This document shows, piece by piece, positions 37,660 to 49,300 of a stretch of 64,000 nucleotides of DNA. Position 1 is the stretch's first letter, and each line of letters begins with the position of its first letter. The notes beneath the pieces were generated by a model. That model worked only from the letters and a program-made list of their open reading frames with translations, was not told the DNA's origin and searched no databases. The position numbers and the translations under genes were made by a program. Source of the DNA: Octopus sinensis (taxonomy: Eukaryota). The stretch covers positions 39,618,001 through 39,682,000 of the forward strand of contig NC_043014.1 in NCBI RefSeq assembly GCF_006345805.1. Reading direction: 5' to 3'.

Positions 37660-39800
37660 TTATTATTACTATTATTATTATTATTATTATTATAAAGGTG
37701 AGCTGGCAGAATTGTTAGTGCACCAAAATGCCTAGCAGTTCTTTCAGATTTACATTTTGAGTTCAACTTTGCCTTCATTCCTTTTGCAGTCAATAAAATA
37801 AGTGCTAGTGGAGCACTAGCCCCTTCCCACAAAATTTCAGGTCTTATGCCTACAGTAGAAAAAATTGTTATTTTCATGTTAAAAAAAATTCTTTTACTGA
37901 TGAAAAAAATAAATAAAATACCTGCCTTTTTCTGAGTAAATTTCTCTTCCCTTTAATCAAAACAAGAGTACTGCAGCAAGCCTATAAATATGCTGCAAAG
38001 ACGACTTAAATCAATCGTCTACTCATTTCGGTCATTTGACTGCGGCCATGCTGGAGCGCCGTCTTTAGTCGAGCAAATTGACCCGAGGACTTATTCTTTG
38101 TAAGCCTAGTACTTATTCTAATCAGTCTCTTTTGCCGAACCGCTAAGTTACAGGGACATAAACACACCAGCATCGGTTGTCAAGCGATGTTGGGGGAACA
38201 AACAGACACACAAATATATACGACGGACTTCTTTCAGTTTCCGCCTACCAAATCCACCCACAAGGCTTTGGTCAGCCCGAGGCTATAGTAGAAGACACTT
38301 GCCCTAAGTGCCATGCAGTGGGACTGAACCCGGAACCATGTGGTTGGTAAGCAAGCTACTTACCACACAGTCACTACTACTTCACAACAAAACTTGGCAG
38401 TAAATTCATCTTTAAATCAAAAGAAAATGTAGATGTTACATCTGGCAATAAAAAGAAATATAAATACAAAACAAAATAAAAAAGAATTATCAGCAGTAAA
38501 GTTTACTGAGGAAATGAAAACTAATGAAATTATGTACGTTTATCCCAAATGAAGTCTATTCCATATTGGAAAATTAAAAAAAAAAAAAGCACCATCCGAA
38601 CGTGGCCGATGCCAGCGCCGCCTTGACTGTCTTCTGTGCCGGTGGCACATTAAAAGCACCAACTGATCGTGGCCGATGCCAGACTCCCCTGGCACCTAAA
38701 ACGGTGGTACGTAAAAAGCACCCACTACATTCGCGGAGTGGTTGGCATTAGGAAGGGCATCCAGCTGTAGAAACACTGCCAGATCAGACTAGAGCCTGGT
38801 GCAGCCTCCTGGCTCCCCAGACCCCAGTTGAACCGTCCAACCCATGCTAGCATGGAAAACGGACATTAAACGATGATGATGATGATCTGTATACTGATGG
38901 GTTCAGTGGCTTTTCTGCAACTCTTGGCAAAGTTAGTTTTATTCAATAATCCCTGATTTTCATTTATCCCCCCTTTTTTTTCCCGTAACCCTTGTCTTGA
39001 GATCATGTGATGACTGTAAAATAAATATGTGTGAACAGATGTTACCTATTTCTTTATTGCCCACAAGGGGCTAAACATAGAGGGGACAAACAAGTACAGA
39101 CAAAGGGATTAAGTCGATTACATCGACCCCAGTGTGTAACTGGTACTTAATTTATCGACCCCGAAAGAATGAAAGGCAAAGTCGACCTCGGCGGAATTTG
39201 AACTCGAGGTCGACATTGTGTGAACAGATGTTACCTTGCTTAGAAACAGGTGAGGGCTGGCGACAGGAAGGGCATACAGTTGTAGAAAACCTACCTCAAC
39301 AGATTCCATCTGACCCATGCAAGCATGGAAACATGGATGTTAAATGATGATGATGATATTGGAGATGACGTCATTTTATAGAAACCTTTGTCATGCTTTA
39401 AGGAAATCATAATTCCTTAAGACATATACAGTGAATGATTGCAACATACTTTCGTAAAAATTCTTTGATTTCACACAAACCTTCCTCTTAATTACATTTG
39501 TAAGAAAACCAAAAGTCTTTAACAATGTCAGTAAGAAAGGAAAGAAGGAAAACAACAAAGAAAAATGTTCATTTATTATGGATGTAACTTTTTGTCAATT
39601 ATGGTGATAATTTTATAGGAAGATACAATAAAGCATTATTGGTAATAGGGTATAAAGCAAAGCTCACACAAACTAGTTAGTGTAGTCTGAGGTCTTTCAC
39701 GTTTCTTCTTTTATATTAAAAACTATTCCAATCTGTATGTTCTTCATATCAATGCCAGATGCCCTATTTCTACAAAACAGCCTTCTTTTTCCCAACATAG

Positions 39801-39862
39801 AAAATTTATTTCTGACAGAGTTTGAACAAGCTTTATCCACTAGGCCAACCTCATATGACTGA
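39801..39862 (+). CDS. Candidate terminal coding exon of an unidentified plus-strand gene convergent with KMT2A
   Basis: Acceptor ccttctttttcccaacatag, then (x)NLFLTEFEQALSTRPTSYD*; followed by about 1.4 kb of SINE-free sequence and AATAAA at 41303. Confidence 0.22.
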
Positions 39863-40466
39863 AGACCCTCTAGAGAAATATACATACACAATTAATGAAC
39901 TTCATGATTAAAAAAATTAAATAGCGTGACATAATGTAGTGAAACAATGAAGGGACAAAGATGATTGGATGCAAATGAATGACTCATGTTCCAAATTATA
40001 TACCCATGAACTTCAATTAACTTCTGACATATGCCAGTGGTATTAGAAGATCAGAACATAAAACTCTGTACTAAATAAAATGCCTTTAGATTTGTTCATT
40101 TACGTGGTTTTAAATCTCACCAGGATCAAACTTTGTTTACCAACCTTCTGCGAAATGATTAAATGCACTTTAATACCTCTTCCTCACAATCTCGTGGGAT
40201 TGCATCAGTGTAACAAATGACTGACACATAGTTTTAAGAGTTCCACCGAGCAAGAAAAATAAGCAAATTTGTTATTCAAACTCCAAAAGGACACACATTT
40301 TCTCTGCACATAAAACATAAAGAGTGTTGTTTGGACTATTTTGGCTCTATCATGGCATGATTGTCACGCCTGCTAATAAAAAAAAAATGCCTTTCTTTAA
40401 CAAAATATAAATCTTTGTTATTCTACGAGACAGGAAGCATCAGAGTAATGTGATGACCCTCAGAAC

Positions 40467-40745
40467 CAATAGTTCTCAACTGGGGTCCAATATTTTTTTA
40501 GGGAGGGTCCACAATAGTCTTTTGATGGCTCCTGAAAAATTTTGCTTTAAATGTATGTATTGCAAGAAACAGCTAGGTTTCTTTCTCTAATGTTTTACAT
40601 AGTTCAACCTACAGTAATTACTGGGAATTTTGAAGAAAAGTTTTCAATAAAACTAGTTTTTATACATTGAATGGCTATGGGGATCCACGAAATTAAAATA
40701 ATAATCGAAAGGGTTCATAGATAAAAAATGGGTGAAAACCCCCTG
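40467..40745. mobile_element. Degenerate hAT-type MITE
   Basis: caatagttctcaactgggg ... gggtgaaaacccctg ends. Confidence 0.55.
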
Positions 40746-41269
40746 ATCATGAGTATAAGCTTTATCTCTATATTCTGTAGATTATATAATTTATCTCACA
40801 AATTGCTTGACTAACAAGTTCTAGTACTGTTTTATAGCTGAAAATTGTAGCAATAAGAAAAGGACATTCAGATGCAAATATGATTAATTGCTCTAATACT
40901 ATGAAAATATCAGAAACTGTAAAATAAAGAAAATAAACCATTCCACCCATTTATTGAGAAGTGGATGCAAAATAATCATAATCATAAAAAATTAGGTATT
41001 TAGTTGCCTTCCTTTAAAGATACGAAACATGCCTAACCTAAATCTTAATGCAGAGCTTTGCAGCATATCTTAACCAAATAGTCATTGCATCTTATAATCA
41101 ACTGCATGTGCAAGCAGTAGCTTAGCCTGGAAATCAATGAAATGCACTGGTAACAAAGGAATGTGGTGAATCTAAGGTACATAGGTCAGGAATATCAGGT
41201 AATGTACATGGAAGGGAGGCAACTGTGTTTACGCCAAGCTCAACTGAGAATAGGTAATGACAGACAAGA

Positions 41270-42048
41270 TTAAAATTGCACTTTCGTTTTTATTGTACTT
41301 TTAATAAAGATTTAATCTTATATATATATTAATATATATATATATATATTAATATACATATATATATATATTAACATATATATTTATTCTCTTCTTTTTT
41401 TTTTTAATATAGCCATGTTTACATTCTTCCTTAAGTTTGCTTCATTATTCCACGAAACGTACGGAATTAATGGTTTTGTCAGGACATGTGGTATAGTACA
41501 AAGTGAGGCTAAGATAGGAGAGAAACATCAGTCACTGAAAGGAATGTTTTATAGGAATGTCAAGTGCTTTTTTTTTACTAACGAAACAAAAGTGAGCAAT
41601 GAAGAGTAGACAAATATTTACAAAATCATACACTATATGAGATCAATGCCCCCTCAACCAATAGAGCGAGTTAATGGCAAAGAAAGAGAGAGAGAGAGAT
41701 AAGGGAGAGAGAGAGAGAGAGAATGGGGAGGGTTAACTGTTAACATTCTTCACAAAAATGAAAATTAAAATGTAAAAAAATGAAATTAAAAAAAAAAAAA
41801 ACACATTTTGCCAGCAAATGATTATTACTAGGGTGGAGATGGAGGAGGCAATATAGCAGTCAGGTTTTTTTTCAAGAGAGGCACCAACTGCCTAACTCCA
41901 AGTTTTAAAAATAAAAAAATAAACTTTAACAGCTATCATGATTAATCACCTCATTCCATAAGTGCTTTATCAGTGATGGATATAAAACGGTGTTTCTCAG
42001 AATTACCAAAATCAACATCTATAGAACAAGATAAATTACAACATATGA

Positions 42049-42081
<33 letters not shown>

Positions 42082-43268
42082 GTATATGTATGTATATACG
42101 TATATTTATATATATTCATTTTAGGCACTATGGCAAATCTGTGACATAAAAACTAAGATCAGAGACTAAACATAATGAGTGTGCATGTTTCTTCATTAAT
42201 GTGTAGGCGTGTGTTTATATATGTGTGTGTGTGTGTGTGTGCAATTGTAATTGTTTGATATTTTATTATACAAGTACAAAATATGTAGATCCCTATCTTT
42301 GATGAATAAAAAATATGTTTTCTTCTATGTGGGGGGGTTGTGTGTGAAACGTTTTAAATAGATTTTACACATTAGTCAAAAAACGTAATTTTTTTTTTCT
42401 TCTTCTTTATAAGAATAACAGGTAAGAATGAGTGAAGGTAGGATCGAAATTGTGAGAACTGGGAGGGGGCTTCTATATAGCTTAAAAAGAAAAACTGTGC
42501 TGGTAATACGAATGTCTGATGTGAAGATCAACAAAGTGGTTTTTTTTCTCTAATTACAGCAACATGATCTTCGTAGATTGGAGGTGAAAAGATAAGACCA
42601 AAGTTAAGTATTACAATATAATTTATCAGAAAATAGAACAAAGAAACAAAGACAATATTACCAACATGAAAGGAGACTTTTTTTTTTTTTTTGGTTAAAT
42701 CTTTCTCAAAAAGACTTATATTTCTAAAGAATAATTCTACAATTTTTCTTCATTGTAATAATCAAGTTTTATAGTTATGAACATTTATTCAAATCTCGCA
42801 CACATATGTACATTATATACACGCAACGTATGTACATACATACACACACACATATACTCAAAGGGAAAAAAAAAAAAAATGAGTCCCTGGTGAAATCTGA
42901 TAATAAATAACGTCAGTAAGTAAGAACCGTTTTTGTTATTGGTATTTTTTGTTTTTGTAGTTTTCGCCATAACTGAAGAAAAATTGTAGAAATTGCCAAA
43001 AGAAAACTGGTCTGTTTGACAGAATCAGTTTTTCAAAAGATTCTATTTATAGTAGATTATTTACTTTGAAGAGTGACAAAGCTTTGGTCCATAGAGATTT
43101 CCCATCAGGCCAAAACTGGGAGGCCAAAAAATGTGTTTCTTGAAATTTCTCCTTTCTCACCTATCAGCATTGAGTTCAAGAGAGAAAAAAAAAATAATGT
43201 AAGCAGAATTGGTGATGGCAGTGGGCGACAGGTATAAGCTAGCTCATCTAGTTGAACAGCAACACATT
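41270..43268 (-). other. Probable KMT2A/trx 3' UTR (about 2 kb)
   Basis: SINE-free, AT-rich stretch after the stop. Minus-strand AATAAA at 42789-42784, 42267-42262 and 41294-41289. The end point is inferred. Confidence 0.4.
41289..41308. terminator. Back-to-back polyadenylation signals (minus AATAAA 41294-41289; plus AATAAA 41303-41308)
   Basis: Sequence tttatt-gtactttt-aataaa; use in vivo is unverified. Confidence 0.35.
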
Positions 43269-43374
43269 TCAGTTTAAGTATTTCCTACAACGCCTAGAGC
43301 CACAGGTGCAGGCAATTTTGATATCTTCTATGGGGAATTTGTAGTCGTAAGTTAACTCTTCGCCTCGCTTGATG
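43269..43374 (-). CDS. KMT2A: KMT2A/trx terminal coding exon (SET-C, post-SET)
   Basis: 106 nt; (P)[34 protein letters not shown] then TGA at 43271-43269. Confidence 0.97.
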
Positions 43375-46300
43375 CTGGAAAAAAAAAAGCAGAAGTTGTA
43401 TAACACAATTTAATCCTTTGGTGTTCAGATTATTCAATCAAACAATGCCTATTGATTCCCATTAATTTGAATTAATCATGCATTATCTCATATCTTCAAG
43501 ATCTTGATGGTGTAATTACCTAATGTAGAATAACATTGTAGGGTAGGTGTGAGAGCCCGGATCTGGTCAGTTTGAACATAAAACAGATTAACTATTTTGG
43601 CCGGATATGGCCGGTTTAAATACTAAAGGGTTAAATAACACAATTTAAATAATTGTATCCTAAATCTTAACAGAAATTTCATTTCAGCTAAATATTGTTA
43701 TTCTGGCAAAACTAGATTACAAAGTTATCTAAAATGTCTGCCAAATGTAAAGTTTATTTATTCACATTGTTTTGAATTAATCATGCTTTGTTTTATAGCT
43801 TTGAGCTTTTGATAATGAGCTTAGTTATTTTTTTTAGAAAGACATTGTAAGGTAGGTGTGAAAAGTCAGATCTGGTTGGTTTAAACATAAAACAAGCAGA
43901 AAATTTGGGCTGGATATAACCAGTTTAACCTTTCGATACCAATCCGGCTGAAACCGGCTCTGGCTCTGAGTATAAATGTCTTGTTTTCATAAGTTTTGAA
44001 TTAAAATCTTCCACCAAACCTTGGTCACAATTTACGTTCCTAACACTAGCTGAATGATAACTAAGTTATTTTACTAAATTCTTTGTTATATTTAAAATTA
44101 ATCAAAAGAAACTCTGAGCATCTCAAAATAAATACAGTAACAAAAGGGTTAAATTCTAAGGTTAAATGAGAAACTGAATGAGCAAATTTAAATGTATGTA
44201 TGTAATACAATATTTACTCCATGAAAAATTCAATGTTTTTTTTTTTTATTCCCTAGTTCGCTTTTAATAGCAGAAAGAATAATAAACATAACAGTACTTA
44301 CGGTCTCATTGCAAAAATTACAATATGCTTTTTGCCATCAACTTGAATCACTTTAGAATAACAGTTTGGCTGAAACAAACAAATAATGATTTTGTTTTAT
44401 ATTTCTGTATAATTCTTAAAGCATAAGATGATTATAGTCTGAGCTGCATTTTTTATTCTATGTTTTACATAACACAAGTTGGAGCAGAAAAAAGATTCAT
44501 CACATTAAAAAAAAAAAAAAGCAAGGTTTCTAATATACATTCAAAGATGGTTTTAACAATTTACTATTCAGCTCAAAACCATTTTCATAAACAGAATCAT
44601 GCAAAATCATAGCACTTCTTGGTAACTGACTGACTGTTACCAAATCTGTGATCTAAATAGTTCTAAAGATAAATATGCTCTGCTTTTTAAGACTTAGAAT
44701 TATCAATATACTGGTCAATACTAAGCAAACTTACACTAAATATAAACAAAACACTGATATTCTGAAATGCTGAAATATTTCTTTTTCAATAAATATAGGT
44801 GCAGTACATCTGCTTGGTTAAGAAATTCATTTTGCAACCGTGGTCTCAAGTACTACACAGTATCTGAGGTAAGTTTCTTCAAATAGCCTTGGGACAACCA
44901 TTGCCTTCTCAGTGAATCTGGTAGACAGAAACTGGACAATACTTGTTGTGTAATTATGTGCCTGTACACACATTTTTGTATCCATGTAAATGCTAACATT
45001 CTGCACTGAGTTGAACTACAGTAAACAATGCATGTTGATATATCCTTGTTAACTATCAGCAAATTGCTCAGTAGTTCTGTACTTTCGAAGACAAGTGGAA
45101 GGAAAGCTCCTTTATTTGAAAAACAGATAAGGATTAACAACAGAGAGGGCATCCAGCTGTAAAAACAATGCCTTAACACAAAGTATTCGTGTAACCCATA
45201 TTTGCACAGAAAAAATGGACATAATATGAACAAATGAAATAAATACGTTTATGATGAATGGATCAATACAACTGACAAATGAGTGGTGACAGGTGATAGA
45301 TGAGTGAAGGTAGATGACCAAGTAGTTAATAAAACAAAGAGTAAGATACTGAAAGGAGTTAATTCCAAAATTTGTGTAAAGGATAACATTACAACGAATG
45401 AATTTGTATGATGGATAAGTCCATTTCCATGCTTAATGTATCTTTCAATGTAGCATATTATTCTTTGTGCCTTATTCCTCAATGCTACTTTGATTTCATA
45501 TGGAAACATGACATTGAATATAAGAAATTTAAATGATAGGAAATGTTTTAAAAACAAACAATATGGCTGTGCGGTTAAGACGCTAGCTTTGCAACCATGT
45601 GGTTTTGGGTTCAGTCCCACTGCACAGCACCTTGGGCAAATCTATTATAGCCTTGGTCTGATCAATGCCTTGCCTCCCTCTCCATCTCCACTTGACAACC
45701 AGAAGTGGTATATTTATGTCTTCAGAATTTAGCAAAAGGGACTAATGGAATAAGTACCAGACTTACAAATAAGTACTGGGGTTGATTTGTTCAACTAAAC
45801 CCTTCAAGGGAGTCCTTCAAGGCGGCGAGCTGGCAGAAACGTTAGCACGCCGGGTGAAATGCTTTGCGGTATTTCGTCTGCCGTTACATTTTGAGTTCAA
45901 ATTCCACCAAGGTGAACTTTGCCTTTCATCCTTTCGGGGTTGATTAAATAAGTACCAGTTACGCACTGGGGTTGATATAATCGACTTAATCCGTTTGTCT
46001 GTCCTTGTTTGTCCCATCTACATTTAGCCCCTTGTGGGCAATAAAGTAATAAGGGAGTTACCACCACCACCACCACGGCCAGCATGGCTGCAGTCCAATG
46101 AATGAGATTATTAAAAAGAAGTTTTGAAAAAAATAAACCAATAAAAAACTTACATCACATGAATGGTTAATAAAACGGGCAGCGTTACCATGCATTGTTG
46201 CATCTACAACTTCTACATCATCAATACGGAACATATAACAACCAATGCCCTGCAAAAGAATAATCAAATACAAAGATTTTAAGATTTATTTTATAAGCAG

Positions 46301-49300
46301 GCAGCTTTTTTTTTTTGTGAATCACTTTAAAAAGAACAGAAAAGAAAGCCTGTCAAAAATTAACCCTTTAGTATTCAGATCACACTATCGAATATAAAGG
46401 TAAAAGGTAAAGACCCCCTTCAGTCATGAATGACCATGGGATTACACCTAGAAAGTTACCCTCCAAGATACATGTCTGGGTAAGGTTGTTTGTGGAAAAA
46501 CAACAATTGCCCAGGCATACCAGCCTCCTCTCTCCACACCACTGATGTTATCCAAGAGAAAAGCAAAGGCCAATACAGCTTGGCACCAGTAACATTGCAA
46601 CATGAAATAAAGTGTCTTCTCAAGAACACAACAGACAGCACAGTCTAGGAATTGAACTCACTACCTCATGATTGTGAGCCTGATATTCTAACTACTGAGC
46701 CATGTGCCTTCACATATCAAATGTAATACTTATTTATTCACAGGAGTGGCAGTGTGGTAAGTAGCTTGCTAACCAACCGCATGGTTCCGGGTTCAGTCCC
46801 ACTGTGTGGCACCTTGGGCAAGTGTCTTCTACTATAGCCTCGGGCCGACCAAAGCCTTGTGAGTGGATTTCGTAGACGGAAACTGAAAGAAGCCCGTCAT
46901 ATATATGTACATATGTATGTGTGTGTATATGTTTGTCCTCCCAACATCGTTTGACAACCAGTGCTGGTGTGTTTACGTCCGCCGTAACTTAGCAGTTCGG
47001 CAAAAGAGACCGATAGAACAAGTACTAGGCTTACAAAGAATAAGTCCTGGGGTCGATTTACTCGACTAAATGCGGTGCTCCAGCATGGCCACAGACAAAT
47101 GACTGAAACAAGTTTGAATTTATCATATATTATCGTGTAGCTTTGACATTCTGATGGTGCGAGAGTTTTATTTTTAGAATGGCATTGCATGGTAGGTGTG
47201 AGAGGTGTGATCCATTTGGACATAAAACGGGTAGGATATTTGGGCCTGATACGGCTAGTTTGAATAGTAAAGGGTTAAAACAGATCAAAAGCATTTGGTG
47301 AAAGACAACTGTAGGTACCTTGCTTTCATAAAACTTCTCTCTTTTATCAGTTAATTCTGCTCGAATGACTTCGCCAGCATACTCAATTACCATCTCTCCA
47401 GCATCTATATTTCTTTTACAAAACAAACCTCTGCCATGGATCATAGATCTAAAAAATAAATTGACATAAAAAGTTTTATGTAATTAACACAGTGTCTATT
47501 TCATTAGGTGTTTGAAAAGTAAAAGATTTAAACATAAACAGTAATATTTCAGCATTGTAATAATAGGAATATTTGTGTATATGCTAATACATTTTCGTGT
47601 ACCAAACCAAATTAAATATACTCTGAATCTATATACTTCATCATCATCATCATCATTTAAGATCTGTTTTCCATGCTGGTATCGGTTGGCCAGTTTCTTA
47701 TTTGTTTACTACCCACAAAGGGCTACACACAGAGGGGACAAACAAGGACAGACAAAGGGATTAAGTCGATTACATCGACCCCAGTGCGTAACTGGGAGAA
47801 ACAAGGACAGACAAAGGGATTATTAAGTCTATTACATCGGCCCCAGTGTGTAACAGGTAATTAATTTATCGACCCTGAAAGGATGAAAGGCAAAGTCGAC
47901 CTCGGTGGAATTTGAACTCAGAACGTAACGACAGACGAAATACCACTAATCATTTCACCCGGCGTGGTAATGTTTCTGCCAGCTCGCCGCCTTGGGTTGG
48001 ACAGTCTGATAGGAGCTTACAAGCCAGAGGGCTGCACCAGACTACAGTCAGCTTCTGTGGCTGGATGCCCTTCATAACACCAACCACTTTACAAGTGTAC
48101 TGGGAGCATCTTATGTGAAACCAGCACAGGTGCTTTTTTTTGTATGTGGCACTAGCCCTGGTGCTTTTTACGTGGTGCCAGCCTGGGTGCATTTTACATG
48201 GCACCAGTGCAAGTGCCTTCTACAAAGCATCAGCACGAGTGCTTTTTACATGGAACCTAAAGAACAATGAAAAGACACCTCAAAAATACTCTCAAATCTT
48301 ATGTAGACAAAATAGATATTATTGAATAAGCAACAACAAATATCCAGCAATTACAAAATCAGGTTCTTTTTTTAAATACCGAGATGCAGGTGTGGCTGTG
48401 TGGTAAGTTTGCTTCCCAAACACATGGTTCCAGGTTCAGTCTAACTGGATGACAGCTTGGGCAAGTGTCTTCCTACTATAGCCTCAGGCTGACCAAAGCC
48501 TTGTGAGTGGATTTAGTAAACAGTAACTGACAGAAGCCCGTCATACATATGTGTATGTGTGTGTCTGTCTGTGTTAGGCCCCCACCAATGCTTTTTATGT
48601 CTCCATAACTTAGCAGTTCAGCAAAAGAGACCAACAGAATAAGTACTAGGCTTCAGAAAAAAATAAGAACTGGGGTCAATTCATATGACTAAAAATCTAC
48701 AAGGCAGTGCCCTAGCATGGCCATAGTCTAATGACTGAAACAAGTAAAAAGATAGCATATTTTATCATGCTTTTTTTAAAAAAAAAATAGTACATTCATT
48801 CATAAAATAGGAGTATCTCAACAATTTAAGGCTGAAATAATAATATATTTTATCCCCTCTACAATATGTTTTCCAACTTTAAAACCCCGACCACTAACTT
48901 TTTTGCTTGAAATCAGAGACTGTACTGAATTCTAACCACCAGGTACATTGAGACAGCCGTCTCTGTAAATATTACTTATAATAAATAATCTCATGTAAAA
49001 GATTAGTCATAGTAATTTAAGTCAGTATATTTCAAAACACTTTAATCAAACTGTTCAGAAATCCCTGCATCTGATAAGAAACAACAAAAAGGCTTGCTAA
49101 CTGCAAGGGCTGTAAAACACAACCTCAAAAAGTCCAGTCCAACACATGACAGCATGATAAATTCGATATAATGATGATGATGATGATATCAATTACTTTC
49201 TATCAGATATTCAGATTTCATAAAATCCAAAAGACAGATTCTTATTATACAAGTTTAAACTTCAACTTACCTATAAACACCAACCGCTTCACGAGCATGT

